This document shows positions 19,100 to 26,703 of a stretch of DNA of 64,000 bases, piece by piece. Numbering within the stretch: the first letter of the stretch is position 1; every line of letters starts with the position of its first letter. The stretch comes from a virus: the IMG/VR virus record IMGVR_UViG_3300027905_000001, positions 1 through 64,000 of that record, one strand, 5' to 3'. A model generated the notes under the pieces. It had not been told where the DNA came from and made no database searches. It saw only the letters and a list, made by a program, of their open reading frames with translations. A program made the translations under genes and the position numbers.

Positions 19100-19230
19100 T
19101 TTTCGACATAGTTGGGGCATCAATCCGGCATTTAACAACTTCCAGCGCTTGGTTAGCGCATCCGGCTGGCTATTCACCGCCTAAGTTATTCTTAGCCTCA
19201 CATCTCACCCCTGCCTCAGAAGTCTCCTGC

Positions 19231-20130
19231 CTAGATACTATCCTCAGCAGCCTTGCGCCGGATCTCTAAGTCAGCCTCATTAACTGCGGTCCTGCGCTCT
19301 GCAAGTTTAAGATTAGCGTCATCAACTTTGCGCCGATGCTGATCCGGAGTGAGGTCAAAGAAGTCCGCCAGCCGGTCAAGTGCCTTATGCTTGTCGTGGA
19401 ACTTAATAGAGATACCATCCTTAGTCTGCCGAATCTCCTGCACCATCGAAGTGTCCACCTGGTCGCTGTTTTTGATCCTAACGAAGTTGACATCCTGCAC
19501 CTGGTACTGACCGTCCGGGCCGACTACGCGCTGGCCGTCGAGATATACCCAATCCTGAGTGGTCCCGAACTCAAAGAAGTCTCCAGGATCGGACATTGCT
19601 ATTTTTTCGTAGACCTCCAGTACATCGCGCTTGGTAAGAAAGATGTCCTGAGCTATATCACCTTTCAGCCGCCGGATCTCTGCCGCAACCTTAACGTCTC
19701 TTAACATCCGGCTGCCCTGGACATGTGCGCCGGCCTTTGGACACCCTGCTTTTATTGCGGCCATCGTTGCGTTGTGATCCTTGACAAAGTGTAGCGCGAA
19801 TAGCTGCTGCTTTTCTGTGAGCGGCGAACTCTCTACTATATAATGCGTCTCGCTCCCGGCTGCTTCTTCCGGCCGTTTCTTTCCCTGGTCCGTTGCCGCT
19901 TTCTTCCGGCCGGACTTCTTGTCCGTTGCAACGCTCTTCTTTTGCGTTGCATTGCGTTGCTTGCCTTGCGTTGCGTTCTGCGTTGCATCGTTGGCCGCTT
20001 CTGCTTTGGCCCAGTTCTCTCTGTTCTTCCGGCTGCGGATCGTGCCCGCGCTGATTCCGTGTTTTGCTGCAAGGTCCCGAAGCGTAATCTCTGTCGTCTC
20101 GTATTCTGCGCGTATTACTAGCCAATCCAT
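19231..20130 (-). CDS. terS: Terminase small subunit
   Basis: N-terminal HTH (ITLRDLAAKHGIS), low-complexity basic linker, conserved LTEKQQLFALHFV...NATMAAIKAG core. Confidence 0.8.
   Translation of the reverse strand: MDWLVIRAEYETTEITLRDLAAKHGISAGTIRSRKNRENWAKAEAANDATQNATQGKQRNATQKKSVATDKKSGRKKAATDQGKKRPEEAAGSETHYIVESSPLTEKQQLFALHFVKDHNATMAAIKAGCPKAGAHVQGSRMLRDVKVAAEIRRLKGDIAQDIFLTKRDVLEVYEKIAMSDPGDFFEFGTTQDWVYLDGQRVVGPDGQYQVQDVNFVRIKNSDQVDTSMVQEIRQTKDGISIKFHDKHKALDRLADFFDLTPDQHRRKVDDANLKLAERRTAVNEADLEIRRKAAEDSI
19928..19994. repeat. Tandem imperfect TTGCGTTGC repeats inside terS (coding for NATQ-type repeats)
   Basis: About seven overlapping copies of GCGTTGC/TTGCG between 19928 and 19994. 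Confidence 0.5.
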
Positions 20131-20173
20131 TTACATTTTCACAACCCTCCCTACATGTTTGCTACTATATATC

Positions 20174-20202
20174 TTGCATATGTCTTGACACCATGATATA
20201 AT
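20174..20202 (+). promoter_or_regulatory. Sigma-A-type promoter for the plus-strand island (TTGCAT-17-TATAAT), overlapping TTGACACCATGATATAA motif
   Basis: -35 TTGCAT 20174-20179, -10 TATAAT 20197-20202; shared motif also present at 21448. Confidence 0.5.
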
Positions 20203-20236
20203 AAGTTAAGATCTAATTTTGAAGGAGGTAAACGGC

Positions 20237-20632
20237 ATGACAAAGCTCGAAATTGCTAAAAACATTAATGCCATCAAGGATTTAGGCCGCATTATTGCAA
20301 CGAATTGGGAGATGGACTTTGTTGAAGGAGGAATCTATGACAATAAGGGCAATGTCGAAAGCTGGACTGACCGTGATAATTCAAAAGTGGCCTTTAAGCC
20401 CGAAAGCACCGGCACGATAACTTATGTCCTTCAATGCAATAAAGTCCCCTGTCACGTAGTAGACTACACTAGCACTGATGAAACTCGCGCCCTTGGCGCT
20501 ACTGGCTGTGAAGATGAAGCTGAATGCCTGGTATTACCTGAAACAAAAATGATAATTACCTACGTTTCCACTGAAGATGATTTCAACGAAATGGGATATT
20601 ACTTAGTGGAAATGGAGATTGTCAATGAGTAA
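20237..20632 (+). CDS. Hypothetical protein (131 aa)
   Basis: GAAGGAGG RBS 8 nt before ATG 20237; no motif recognised. Confidence 0.6.
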   Translation: MTKLEIAKNINAIKDLGRIIATNWEMDFVEGGIYDNKGNVESWTDRDNSKVAFKPESTGTITYVLQCNKVPCHVVDYTSTDETRALGATGCEDEAECLVLPETKMIITYVSTEDDFNEMGYYLVEMEIVNE

Positions 20633-21230
20633 TCGCCATGGACACCCCCTTACTTCTGAACAAAAGGGAGCGAGGGAGATTGAATATCGGAAAATGGCAT
20701 TGGAATTTCATAAAGAAACAGGACGTTCGCCCCGGATGGCAGACTTACCTTTTCCTTATAAAATCTTTAAGGTTCACGACACGTGGAATGCATTTCTTGA
20801 AGATTGCGGGCTAGAGGTTAACCGTTTAACCACGGACGTTGAGAAATATTCTTTAATATTCGATTACAAGGAATTAGCTAAAAACTTAGAACGGACTCCT
20901 TACGCATTAGAATTTTATAAAAAATTTGGTTGCCAATACGCAGTCCGCAAATTATTTGGATCATGGAATGCATTTGTTAAAGCTTGTGATCTTAAATTAA
21001 ATAGATTCACAGGAGCAGAAAAAGAAGAACTTGTGGAACGCGTCTTGAAATTAGCTAAGAAATTAGGTAAAACACCTACAACTCGTGAATTTAATGCACA
21101 CGCAAAGAAAAGTAATCTATGCACGACGATGGTTATATGTCGGTATTTCGGAACATGGACGGAATGCCTTGAGTTTTGCGGGTTAGAGCCTAACCAAAAT
21201 AAAAATTTTAAGCGTAGAAAGAAGGATTAG
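20619..21230 (+). CDS. Protein with three tandem ~55-aa repeats (tentatively homing-endonuclease-associated HTH-like repeat)
   Basis: Repeats ending WNAFLEDCGLE / WNAFVKACDLK / WTECLEFCGLE. Confidence 0.55.
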   Translation: MSMSNRHGHPLTSEQKGAREIEYRKMALEFHKETGRSPRMADLPFPYKIFKVHDTWNAFLEDCGLEVNRLTTDVEKYSLIFDYKELAKNLERTPYALEFYKKFGCQYAVRKLFGSWNAFVKACDLKLNRFTGAEKEELVERVLKLAKKLGKTPTTREFNAHAKKSNLCTTMVICRYFGTWTECLEFCGLEPNQNKNFKRRKKD

Positions 21231-21232
21231 CG

Positions 21233-21397
21233 ATGGCAGAAACAACAACCGACGACCGCGAACGCATGACACTACGCATCCCCCAGGACATTTGGCGCAT
21301 GATCAAAATGGACCTGATTGACAAAAAAGAAAAGTCGGCCAATGAGCTTATCACAAACTTAATATATGAGCACTACAAAGTACCCCGGCCGCAATAG
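21233..21397 (+). CDS. Ribbon-helix-helix (CopG/Arc-like) DNA-binding protein, 54 aa
   Basis: Not in ORF track (under 60 aa); MAETTTDDRERMTLRIPQDIWRMIKMDLIDKK...; GAAGGA RBS; start overlaps upstream stop. Confidence 0.55.
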   Translation: MAETTTDDRERMTLRIPQDIWRMIKMDLIDKKEKSANELITNLIYEHYKVPRPQ

Positions 21398-21447
21398 CTG
21401 GGGGTTTTCTTTACCTAAAAATACTTAATATTTATTGTCTTAATGCC

Positions 21448-21476
21448 TTGACACCACGACATAAAAGATGTATTAT
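21448..21476 (+). promoter_or_regulatory. Sigma-A-type promoter (TTGACA-17-TATTAT) with long GC-rich leader
   Basis: -35 TTGACA 21448-21453, -10 TATTAT 21471-21476; shares CTTGACACCAYGAYATAA with the 20185 region. Confidence 0.55.
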
Positions 21477-21648
21477 TAACACATGGAAAACAGCACTCCA
21501 GCCCAATCCAGTGCAACAAACGCTTCCCCCGGCCAATTGCGGTCCGGGTCCGCCAAGAAGCCGAGAGAGAAAAGTTGACCGTGTGTCAGGGAAGAAGATT
21601 AATCCCGACAGGCTACAAAGGGAGCCGGGGAAAAAGGAGTTTTAAATT

Positions 21649-21858
21649 ATGAAACAAACTTATTACAGCGTTGGTTATTACTCAGGAAGATCGAACAGCA
21701 CTAGCACGGCGTTTTTTGATACTAAAGAGGCGGCTGAAAAATTTGCAGATCATGATTACAGGGATAACGTGGTAGCGCATCACGTGAGCAAGCCTGAGAC
21801 GATTGCGAAATACGATGAGCTAGTTGCTATGACGGCGTTTGAGCTTAGAGACCGTTAG
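21649..21858 (+). CDS. Hypothetical protein (69 aa)
   Basis: AAAAAGGAG RBS then ATG; no motif. Confidence 0.55.
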   Translation: MKQTYYSVGYYSGRSNSTSTAFFDTKEAAEKFADHDYRDNVVAHHVSKPETIAKYDELVAMTAFELRDR

Positions 21859-21971
21859 GATTTGCAGATGGCACCGGCCAGCACCCGGTGTAATGCACTA
21901 GCAGGCGTCCAAAGTCGCCGCAAATGCATCCCGACAGCTCGCAAGGAACGGGGAAAAGGAGGTCAGGACAG

Positions 21972-22418
21972 ATGCTCTATCACAGATTTACTAACTCATC
22001 AAACGTAATGTCCAACTGGGGTCACGCAATGTTTGCGGCCAACAGGGACGCGGTCGAAAATTACGGTAGTAAAGAGTTTATCTTTAAATCATCTAGGGAC
22101 AATAGCAAAACGATCAAGTCGCTCAAATCACTGATTATCAAAACTTGGAAGTACGATCAAAAAAATGGCTTTACCGGGGACTTTGGCAACGGCTGCACAG
22201 ATGATTACTACTACAACGTCAAGGATAATGCAGTGGACGCTATTAGTATTTACAACAGCTTTGACCCGTCTAGCGTTGTGGAGAGCGCCGATGCTTGGGA
22301 CTCCGAGCTTTATCAATGGTTTTGGGAGCGTATCGCGGAGCCTAACGGCATTATGGCAGTTACAACTCAAGATGGGGCAATAGTATTTGATGCAGACTTA
22401 ATTAAGGAGGTATGTTAA
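21972..22418 (+). CDS. Hypothetical protein (148 aa; track start 21924)
   Basis: GGAAAAGGAGG RBS before ATG 21972. Confidence 0.55.
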   Translation: MLYHRFTNSSNVMSNWGHAMFAANRDAVENYGSKEFIFKSSRDNSKTIKSLKSLIIKTWKYDQKNGFTGDFGNGCTDDYYYNVKDNAVDAISIYNSFDPSSVVESADAWDSELYQWFWERIAEPNGIMAVTTQDGAIVFDADLIKEVC

Positions 22419-22679
22419 ATGTCTAATGAGGATGACGTTATGTTTTTCAAAATAGCAAAGGTTAAAGCCGCTATCAGCAGGGTCCTAGACGGGTGCGTAA
22501 ACGAGTTGCCGGATATCCAGTTTGGATGGAGCGGATCAGTTATCGAGGTTTATTTATCCGGCGGTAATTATCAAGTCCGCAACCTTATCGAGTCCCATTT
22601 TGTAAATAGCAGGAGGTATAAAGGCGTTACAATTACAAACAACGACACCAAAAAGCGTATCAGCTTTATTTTAAATTAA
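22419..22679 (+). CDS. Hypothetical protein (86 aa)
   Basis: AAGGAGG RBS, start abuts upstream stop. Confidence 0.55.
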   Translation: MSNEDDVMFFKIAKVKAAISRVLDGCVNELPDIQFGWSGSVIEVYLSGGNYQVRNLIESHFVNSRRYKGVTITNNDTKKRISFILN

Positions 22680-22700
22680 GAAATTGAAGGAGTGTTAAAA

Positions 22701-22919
22701 ATGAAACGATTAGACATTTTTAAAAGCGAAGGTGGATACAGATTAGCATTGGGAATCTACAACGACAGCCCCGTAATTGACAAGTCTCCTTGGTTCGAAA
22801 CCAAGGAAGAGGCCGAAAAAGCAAGGCGCGAAGTCATAGAAGAAGATGAGCGAGAAGCCAAAATTGAGCAGTATATCCAAGATGGCAATATCGAGGCCCT
22901 CGAAAACATGGATAAGTAA
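22701..22919 (+). CDS. Hypothetical protein (72 aa; track start 22692 GTG)
   Basis: GAAGGAG RBS before ATG 22701; acidic C-terminus. Confidence 0.5.
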   Translation: MKRLDIFKSEGGYRLALGIYNDSPVIDKSPWFETKEEAEKARREVIEEDEREAKIEQYIQDGNIEALENMDK

Positions 22920-23013
22920 TTGCAGAGGATTAGGAGCCTAAAAACTCCTAATAATGCGCTAGGCAAGCGGTTCCAAGCCCGCGCCAATCGCAATTTTGAA
23001 AGGTGGAGCAATC

Positions 23014-23250
23014 ATGAAATACACCATAGCTGAATACCACGGCATAGACCGGCACCAAATGCAAGCCCATACCGAGGAAATCATTACCAAGCTTGAATTT
23101 ATTCGAACAACATGCACGGATGCCGAATCGCTCGAATACACTGACGCCCAACTCGAATTTTACCGCGAAGAACTAGCCAGTAAATCCCTGCTTATGTCAT
23201 CATGGTGGGAAGTTGAGAACTACATGCGGAAAGGTAGGAAAATAGCATGA
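23014..23250 (+). CDS. Hypothetical protein (78 aa)
   Basis: AGGTGGAG RBS before ATG 23014. Confidence 0.5.
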   Translation: MKYTIAEYHGIDRHQMQAHTEEIITKLEFIRTTCTDAESLEYTDAQLEFYREELASKSLLMSSWWEVENYMRKGRKIA

Positions 23251-23438
23251 CCATCTACATCCATGAGTTTTACAAGGACAAGGAAAAGGCGCTCGCATTG
23301 GCTGAACTACCGGACGAACTAGATTATCACCGATTTGTCCACGGCTGTGAGCCTAAAAAGGTGAACATAGTCCCTTATTGGGCAGATTGCGACAAGTACA
23401 AGGCGAATAAGTCCACCATGACACTGTTTATTAGCTAA
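23247..23438 (+). CDS. Hypothetical protein (63 aa)
   Basis: Start overlaps upstream stop (ATGA). Confidence 0.45.
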   Translation: MTIYIHEFYKDKEKALALAELPDELDYHRFVHGCEPKKVNIVPYWADCDKYKANKSTMTLFIS

Positions 23439-23518
23439 CATCAAGGCTTTTAGCCTTGGCTCAGCCGCTTTTTGAGCGGTTCAGCGAGGACTAAAAACGA
23501 ATGAAAGAGGTAATTTAC

Positions 23519-24439
23519 ATGAGCATGATCAACGAACAACTAGCCCAACGATCAAAGGAAAACATGAGTTTTTCCGACTACAAACCCGGCAGCGCAACGG
23601 CTGAATTCAACCAGGAAATAGCCAACGTCACCACGTTAGTTGAATCGGCCAAGCTCAGGGTATCCGACGAAGGGAAAGCCAAGCTAGATCGTTTCCTAGC
23701 CTCTTACACCTCTCGTTATGCCGCATGGACCAATAAGCGCAACGCAAATGGTGCAGGACATGTTAGTGTTATGATCGCAGGCCCAGCTAACTACAACATG
23801 AGAGCGCACGAAAAGTACATGAGCCGTGAAGGTAATCTCTGGAAAGAATACGAGGAATTCCGAAACCCTGAGTATAAAATTTCCTCCATCGTCGCAGGTG
23901 ACAGAGTTATAAAATCCAATGATGTCAACGCTATTGAAAAATTGCAGGAGAAAATAGACGGACTTGAAAAAATGCAGGAATTAATGAAAGCTTGTAACGC
24001 CATCATCCGTAAAAAGAAGCTGACCGACGAAGAGAAGATTGCTGCAATGGTAGAAGCTGGAGCCAGCGAAAAAGCCGCAAAAGAAACCTTGACCCCTAAT
24101 TTTATGGGCAGAATAGGTTTTGCCTCTTATTCGCTCAGTAATAACAACGCAACGATCCGAAACGCCAAGCAACGAATATCCCAGCTTGAGAAGATCGCTG
24201 CACGCGGCACGCAAGAGACTGTCATAGAATCAGACGCGGAGGAAACAAACGGCATACGCATAGTTGACAATGTTGAAGCGCATCGGCTGCAAATATTCTT
24301 TAATGGCAAGCCATCGGCAGAAGTTCGAACACAGTTAAAGAAAAATGGATTTAGGTGGACGCCTAGTATTTCCGCGTGGCAGTCGTATCGAAGTGAGAGC
24401 GCAAACCGGGCAGCGCGTGAAATAGTGGCAGCAATGTAA
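23519..24439 (+). CDS. Hypothetical protein (306 aa) with conserved-looking C-terminal RLQIFFNGKPS...GFRWTPSISAWQSY module
   Basis: AAAGAGG RBS before ATG 23519; C-terminal motif resembles small domains seen in phage/conjugative-element proteins (tentative). Confidence 0.5.
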   Translation: MSMINEQLAQRSKENMSFSDYKPGSATAEFNQEIANVTTLVESAKLRVSDEGKAKLDRFLASYTSRYAAWTNKRNANGAGHVSVMIAGPANYNMRAHEKYMSREGNLWKEYEEFRNPEYKISSIVAGDRVIKSNDVNAIEKLQEKIDGLEKMQELMKACNAIIRKKKLTDEEKIAAMVEAGASEKAAKETLTPNFMGRIGFASYSLSNNNATIRNAKQRISQLEKIAARGTQETVIESDAEETNGIRIVDNVEAHRLQIFFNGKPSAEVRTQLKKNGFRWTPSISAWQSYRSESANRAAREIVAAM

Positions 24440-24523
24440 TTATATCGCGGGACCATCTTTGGCCCTGCTCCAAATGTCCGATTATGGGCACTTGGAGGAG
24501 AATCAAAATTTAGAGGTGATCAA

Positions 24524-24712
24524 GTGGCGGAAACGTGGTTCTCTCGACTTAAAACAGAGATAGAAGATTCGAGAGACTTGCAAGAAATTCTTGGTGTTAA
24601 AGTTATCGAGCATCTTTTGTGGAACAATATCTCTCGCGAACAATACGAAACTCTCTCTAGCCTGCGCGTAAAAAGAATCCTGGAAAATTGGCACGAAGAA
24701 TTTTTGGCTTAA
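24524..24712 (+). CDS. Hypothetical protein (62 aa)
   Basis: Short ORF with GGAGGAG upstream. Confidence 0.4.
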   Translation: MAETWFSRLKTEIEDSRDLQEILGVKVIEHLLWNNISREQYETLSSLRVKRILENWHEEFLA

Positions 24713-24767
24713 ATCCACGCCGGACTATTCCGGTTTTTTCCCAACTAAAATTAAGGAGGAATAACTT

Positions 24768-25382
24768 ATGTTTCATGCGTTCACGCTCGAACAAGCGAAC
24801 CTCAGAGAGGTCCAAGGTTGGAAGGTCGGCCAACATGTCCAAGTCAAAGAATGGCGTGGTACTTACGAAATCGAAGGCTACCACCAATACGGAAGGCAAA
24901 ACGAGTACACCACTGTATACCTTGCCAAGCTCAAGAAAGACGGTACTAAGAGCAAATACAGCGGCGATACACCTATCGCTAACCTCATGCCATTGGGAGC
25001 GGCACAACCAACAACAGACAGCGCAGGACGAACAGCACTGCAGGCGGCACAGGAGCTATTCGGTAGCGGCTTTGCTAAACACGGATGGTATAACACGGAT
25101 CGCGAATCACTGGTAAAGGTTGAGACGATCAGTAAGACAGGACGCGTCAAGGTGCAAGATATAAGCGTCAAGGCTGGAATTACGGCACGTTCAAAGACTG
25201 TAGATGGACATAAAGTTTACAGTCAAGAAGATCGCCTGGTAAACTTTGCGGATCTCGAATACGGTCTAAGTGGAGATATAAAAACATTCACGCCGCGCCT
25301 TTTTTGGGGTGAATGGGGCTTTTGGCATGATGGGGAAATTATCAAGGCCCCAGATATGAAGCTTACGTGGTTGCTAGATTAA
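24768..25382 (+). CDS. Hypothetical protein (204 aa)
   Basis: AAGGAGG RBS; last gene of the island, followed by terminator. Confidence 0.55.
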   Translation: MFHAFTLEQANLREVQGWKVGQHVQVKEWRGTYEIEGYHQYGRQNEYTTVYLAKLKKDGTKSKYSGDTPIANLMPLGAAQPTTDSAGRTALQAAQELFGSGFAKHGWYNTDRESLVKVETISKTGRVKVQDISVKAGITARSKTVDGHKVYSQEDRLVNFADLEYGLSGDIKTFTPRLFWGEWGFWHDGEIIKAPDMKLTWLLD

Positions 25383-25392
25383 CATAATTTAA

Positions 25393-25416
25393 AGCCGGAC
25401 ATCATCCGGCTTTTTG
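25393..25416. terminator. Rho-independent terminator closing the plus-strand island
   Basis: AGCCGGA ... TCCGGCT stem followed by TTTTT. Confidence 0.65.
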
Positions 25417-25439
25417 GCGTTCCCGTTATTATCTTTCCG

Positions 25440-25835
25440 GCTCCATAGGCTTATACGCCACCCTAGCCCATGCAAGCCCTAGAACGCCGTATAAGCCCCC
25501 ATAATCTCCGTGTGGTCACTATGCAACCTATCGTTATCCAAGGCCCTTATATACCGTTCTGTGTCCTATCATATCGCAAGCCCTACAAGACGTTTTAAGC
25601 CCTCGAAATATCAAAGGCATAACTATGTCAATCCCTAACTATTCAACGCCATACAGGTGCCATTCTGCGCCTGTGATAACGCTCTGCGCCTATGTGCCGA
25701 TACCCTAACGACGGCGGCAAAACGTCCTCTAATTACCTCAATTTGTCGCCTATTGTCGAAGTTCGCCTGATTTCACCCTGATTTTATGACCATATTTCGA
25801 CATTCCCAAAATTCTCTCGACATTCCCAAAATATC
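25440..25835. repeat. Repeat-dense non-coding region (iteron-like direct repeats)
   Basis: Seven or more AAGCCCT-type motifs (including GCAAGCCCTAGAACG / GCAAGCCCTACAAGAC), TCTGCGCCTRTG x2, TCGACATTCCCAAAAT x2. Confidence 0.6.
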
Positions 25836-25893
25836 GGTTTCTTGTAATTTTTATAAAATCGCTCCACCGAAAAAATATCCCCAGCTTGTAAAA

Positions 25894-26133
25894 TTATTCG
25901 TCCTCGAATCGACAACCGCGGTTACTCTTCATCATCCGATCTCTTGCCATAAACGCCATACTGTTCTCGAACTCTTCCCATTTTCGAGCTGTCTCGTATC
26001 GCTTGTATGCACTTAGGTATTCGTCGCAATATGAAGCAGGAACATTGGCGCAGCTAGAACAACTAGAACTAGAGCGTCCTATATCGCGATATATTCGGGG
26101 TTTGTAGCATCTGCATCGAGGCGGTTCTCTCAC
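25894..26133 (-). CDS. Small Cys-rich protein (79 aa), GTG start
   Basis: TAAGGAGGG RBS 8 nt before GTG 26133; CRCYKPRIY...CSSC...C. Confidence 0.45.
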   Translation of the reverse strand: MREPPRCRCYKPRIYRDIGRSSSSCSSCANVPASYCDEYLSAYKRYETARKWEEFENSMAFMARDRMMKSNRGCRFEDE

Positions 26134-26257
26134 TAGTTGCTCCCTCCTTAATCCATAGGCAATGGTCAACGTCATACTTCCTGCATAAGGCGCAGTTGGT
26201 TCGTTCAAGGCTTTTGTCTATTGCGCTGAATTCTTTGCAGCTTCTGTTCTCTCCCAT
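26069..26257 (-). CDS. Small Cys-containing protein (62 aa), overlapping the downstream ORF
   Basis: GAGGG RBS before ATG 26257; CKEF...CALC...HC. Confidence 0.4.
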   Translation of the reverse strand: MGENRSCKEFSAIDKSLERTNCALCRKYDVDHCLWIKEGATSERTASMQMLQTPNISRYRTL

Positions 26258-26293
26258 AAATTAGCCCTCATTTTAGGATAATTTTCGAACAAT

Positions 26294-26429
26294 ATTAAAG
26301 CATGCTTTTTTAGTTTGAATTAAAGCATGCTTTTTTGGTTTTTGTTTATGTAATTAAGGCATGCTTTTTCTATGTCTGAAATTAAGGCGTGCTTTTATGT
26401 ACCACCATCAAGATTAAGGCATGCTTTTT
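26294..26429. repeat. Five tandem copies of palindrome-containing site ATTAARGCRTGCTTTT (candidate protein-binding array)
   Basis: Copies start at 26294, 26319, 26353, 26381, 26413; each contains AAGCATGCTT-like palindrome. Confidence 0.7.
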
Positions 26430-26703
26430 GAGTAAAAAAGTGAACACCCTCAATTAAGAAGGTGTTCGAGTGAGAATAGAGAAGGAGGACAAAATTAAAA
26501 GCCCTTGCGAGCTTGTCAAATATTCAAAATAAAGCCGGTTCCAGATCGTAGAACCGGATTCTCCTTCTACACACGGTAGATGAGTTAAATAAACGAAGCA
26601 CCGAACGACCACGATACGTAGGTCAATTCGATGCTTCTCAATGTTATAATCATAAACCTTTTACAGCTCAAATGTGGTAATAAATCGGTAATATTCTGGT
26701 AAT

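Noticed and set aside
19691-20188. ORFs 19691..20125, 19836..20072, 19843..20121, 19919..20188 overlapping terS
   Set aside because: Alternative-frame and antisense readings of the GC-rich repetitive linker region of terS; Arg/Lys- or Cys/Leu-rich low-complexity products without RBS.
21448-21645. 65-aa plus-strand ORF
   Set aside because: Begins inside the promoter, has no RBS and spans a GC-rich leader; more likely 5' UTR than coding.
26294-26429. Possible CRISPR array (five repeats)
   Set aside because: Repeats are only 16-18 bp, spacing is irregular (25-34 bp), repeats are palindromic operator-like sites, and no cas genes are nearby.
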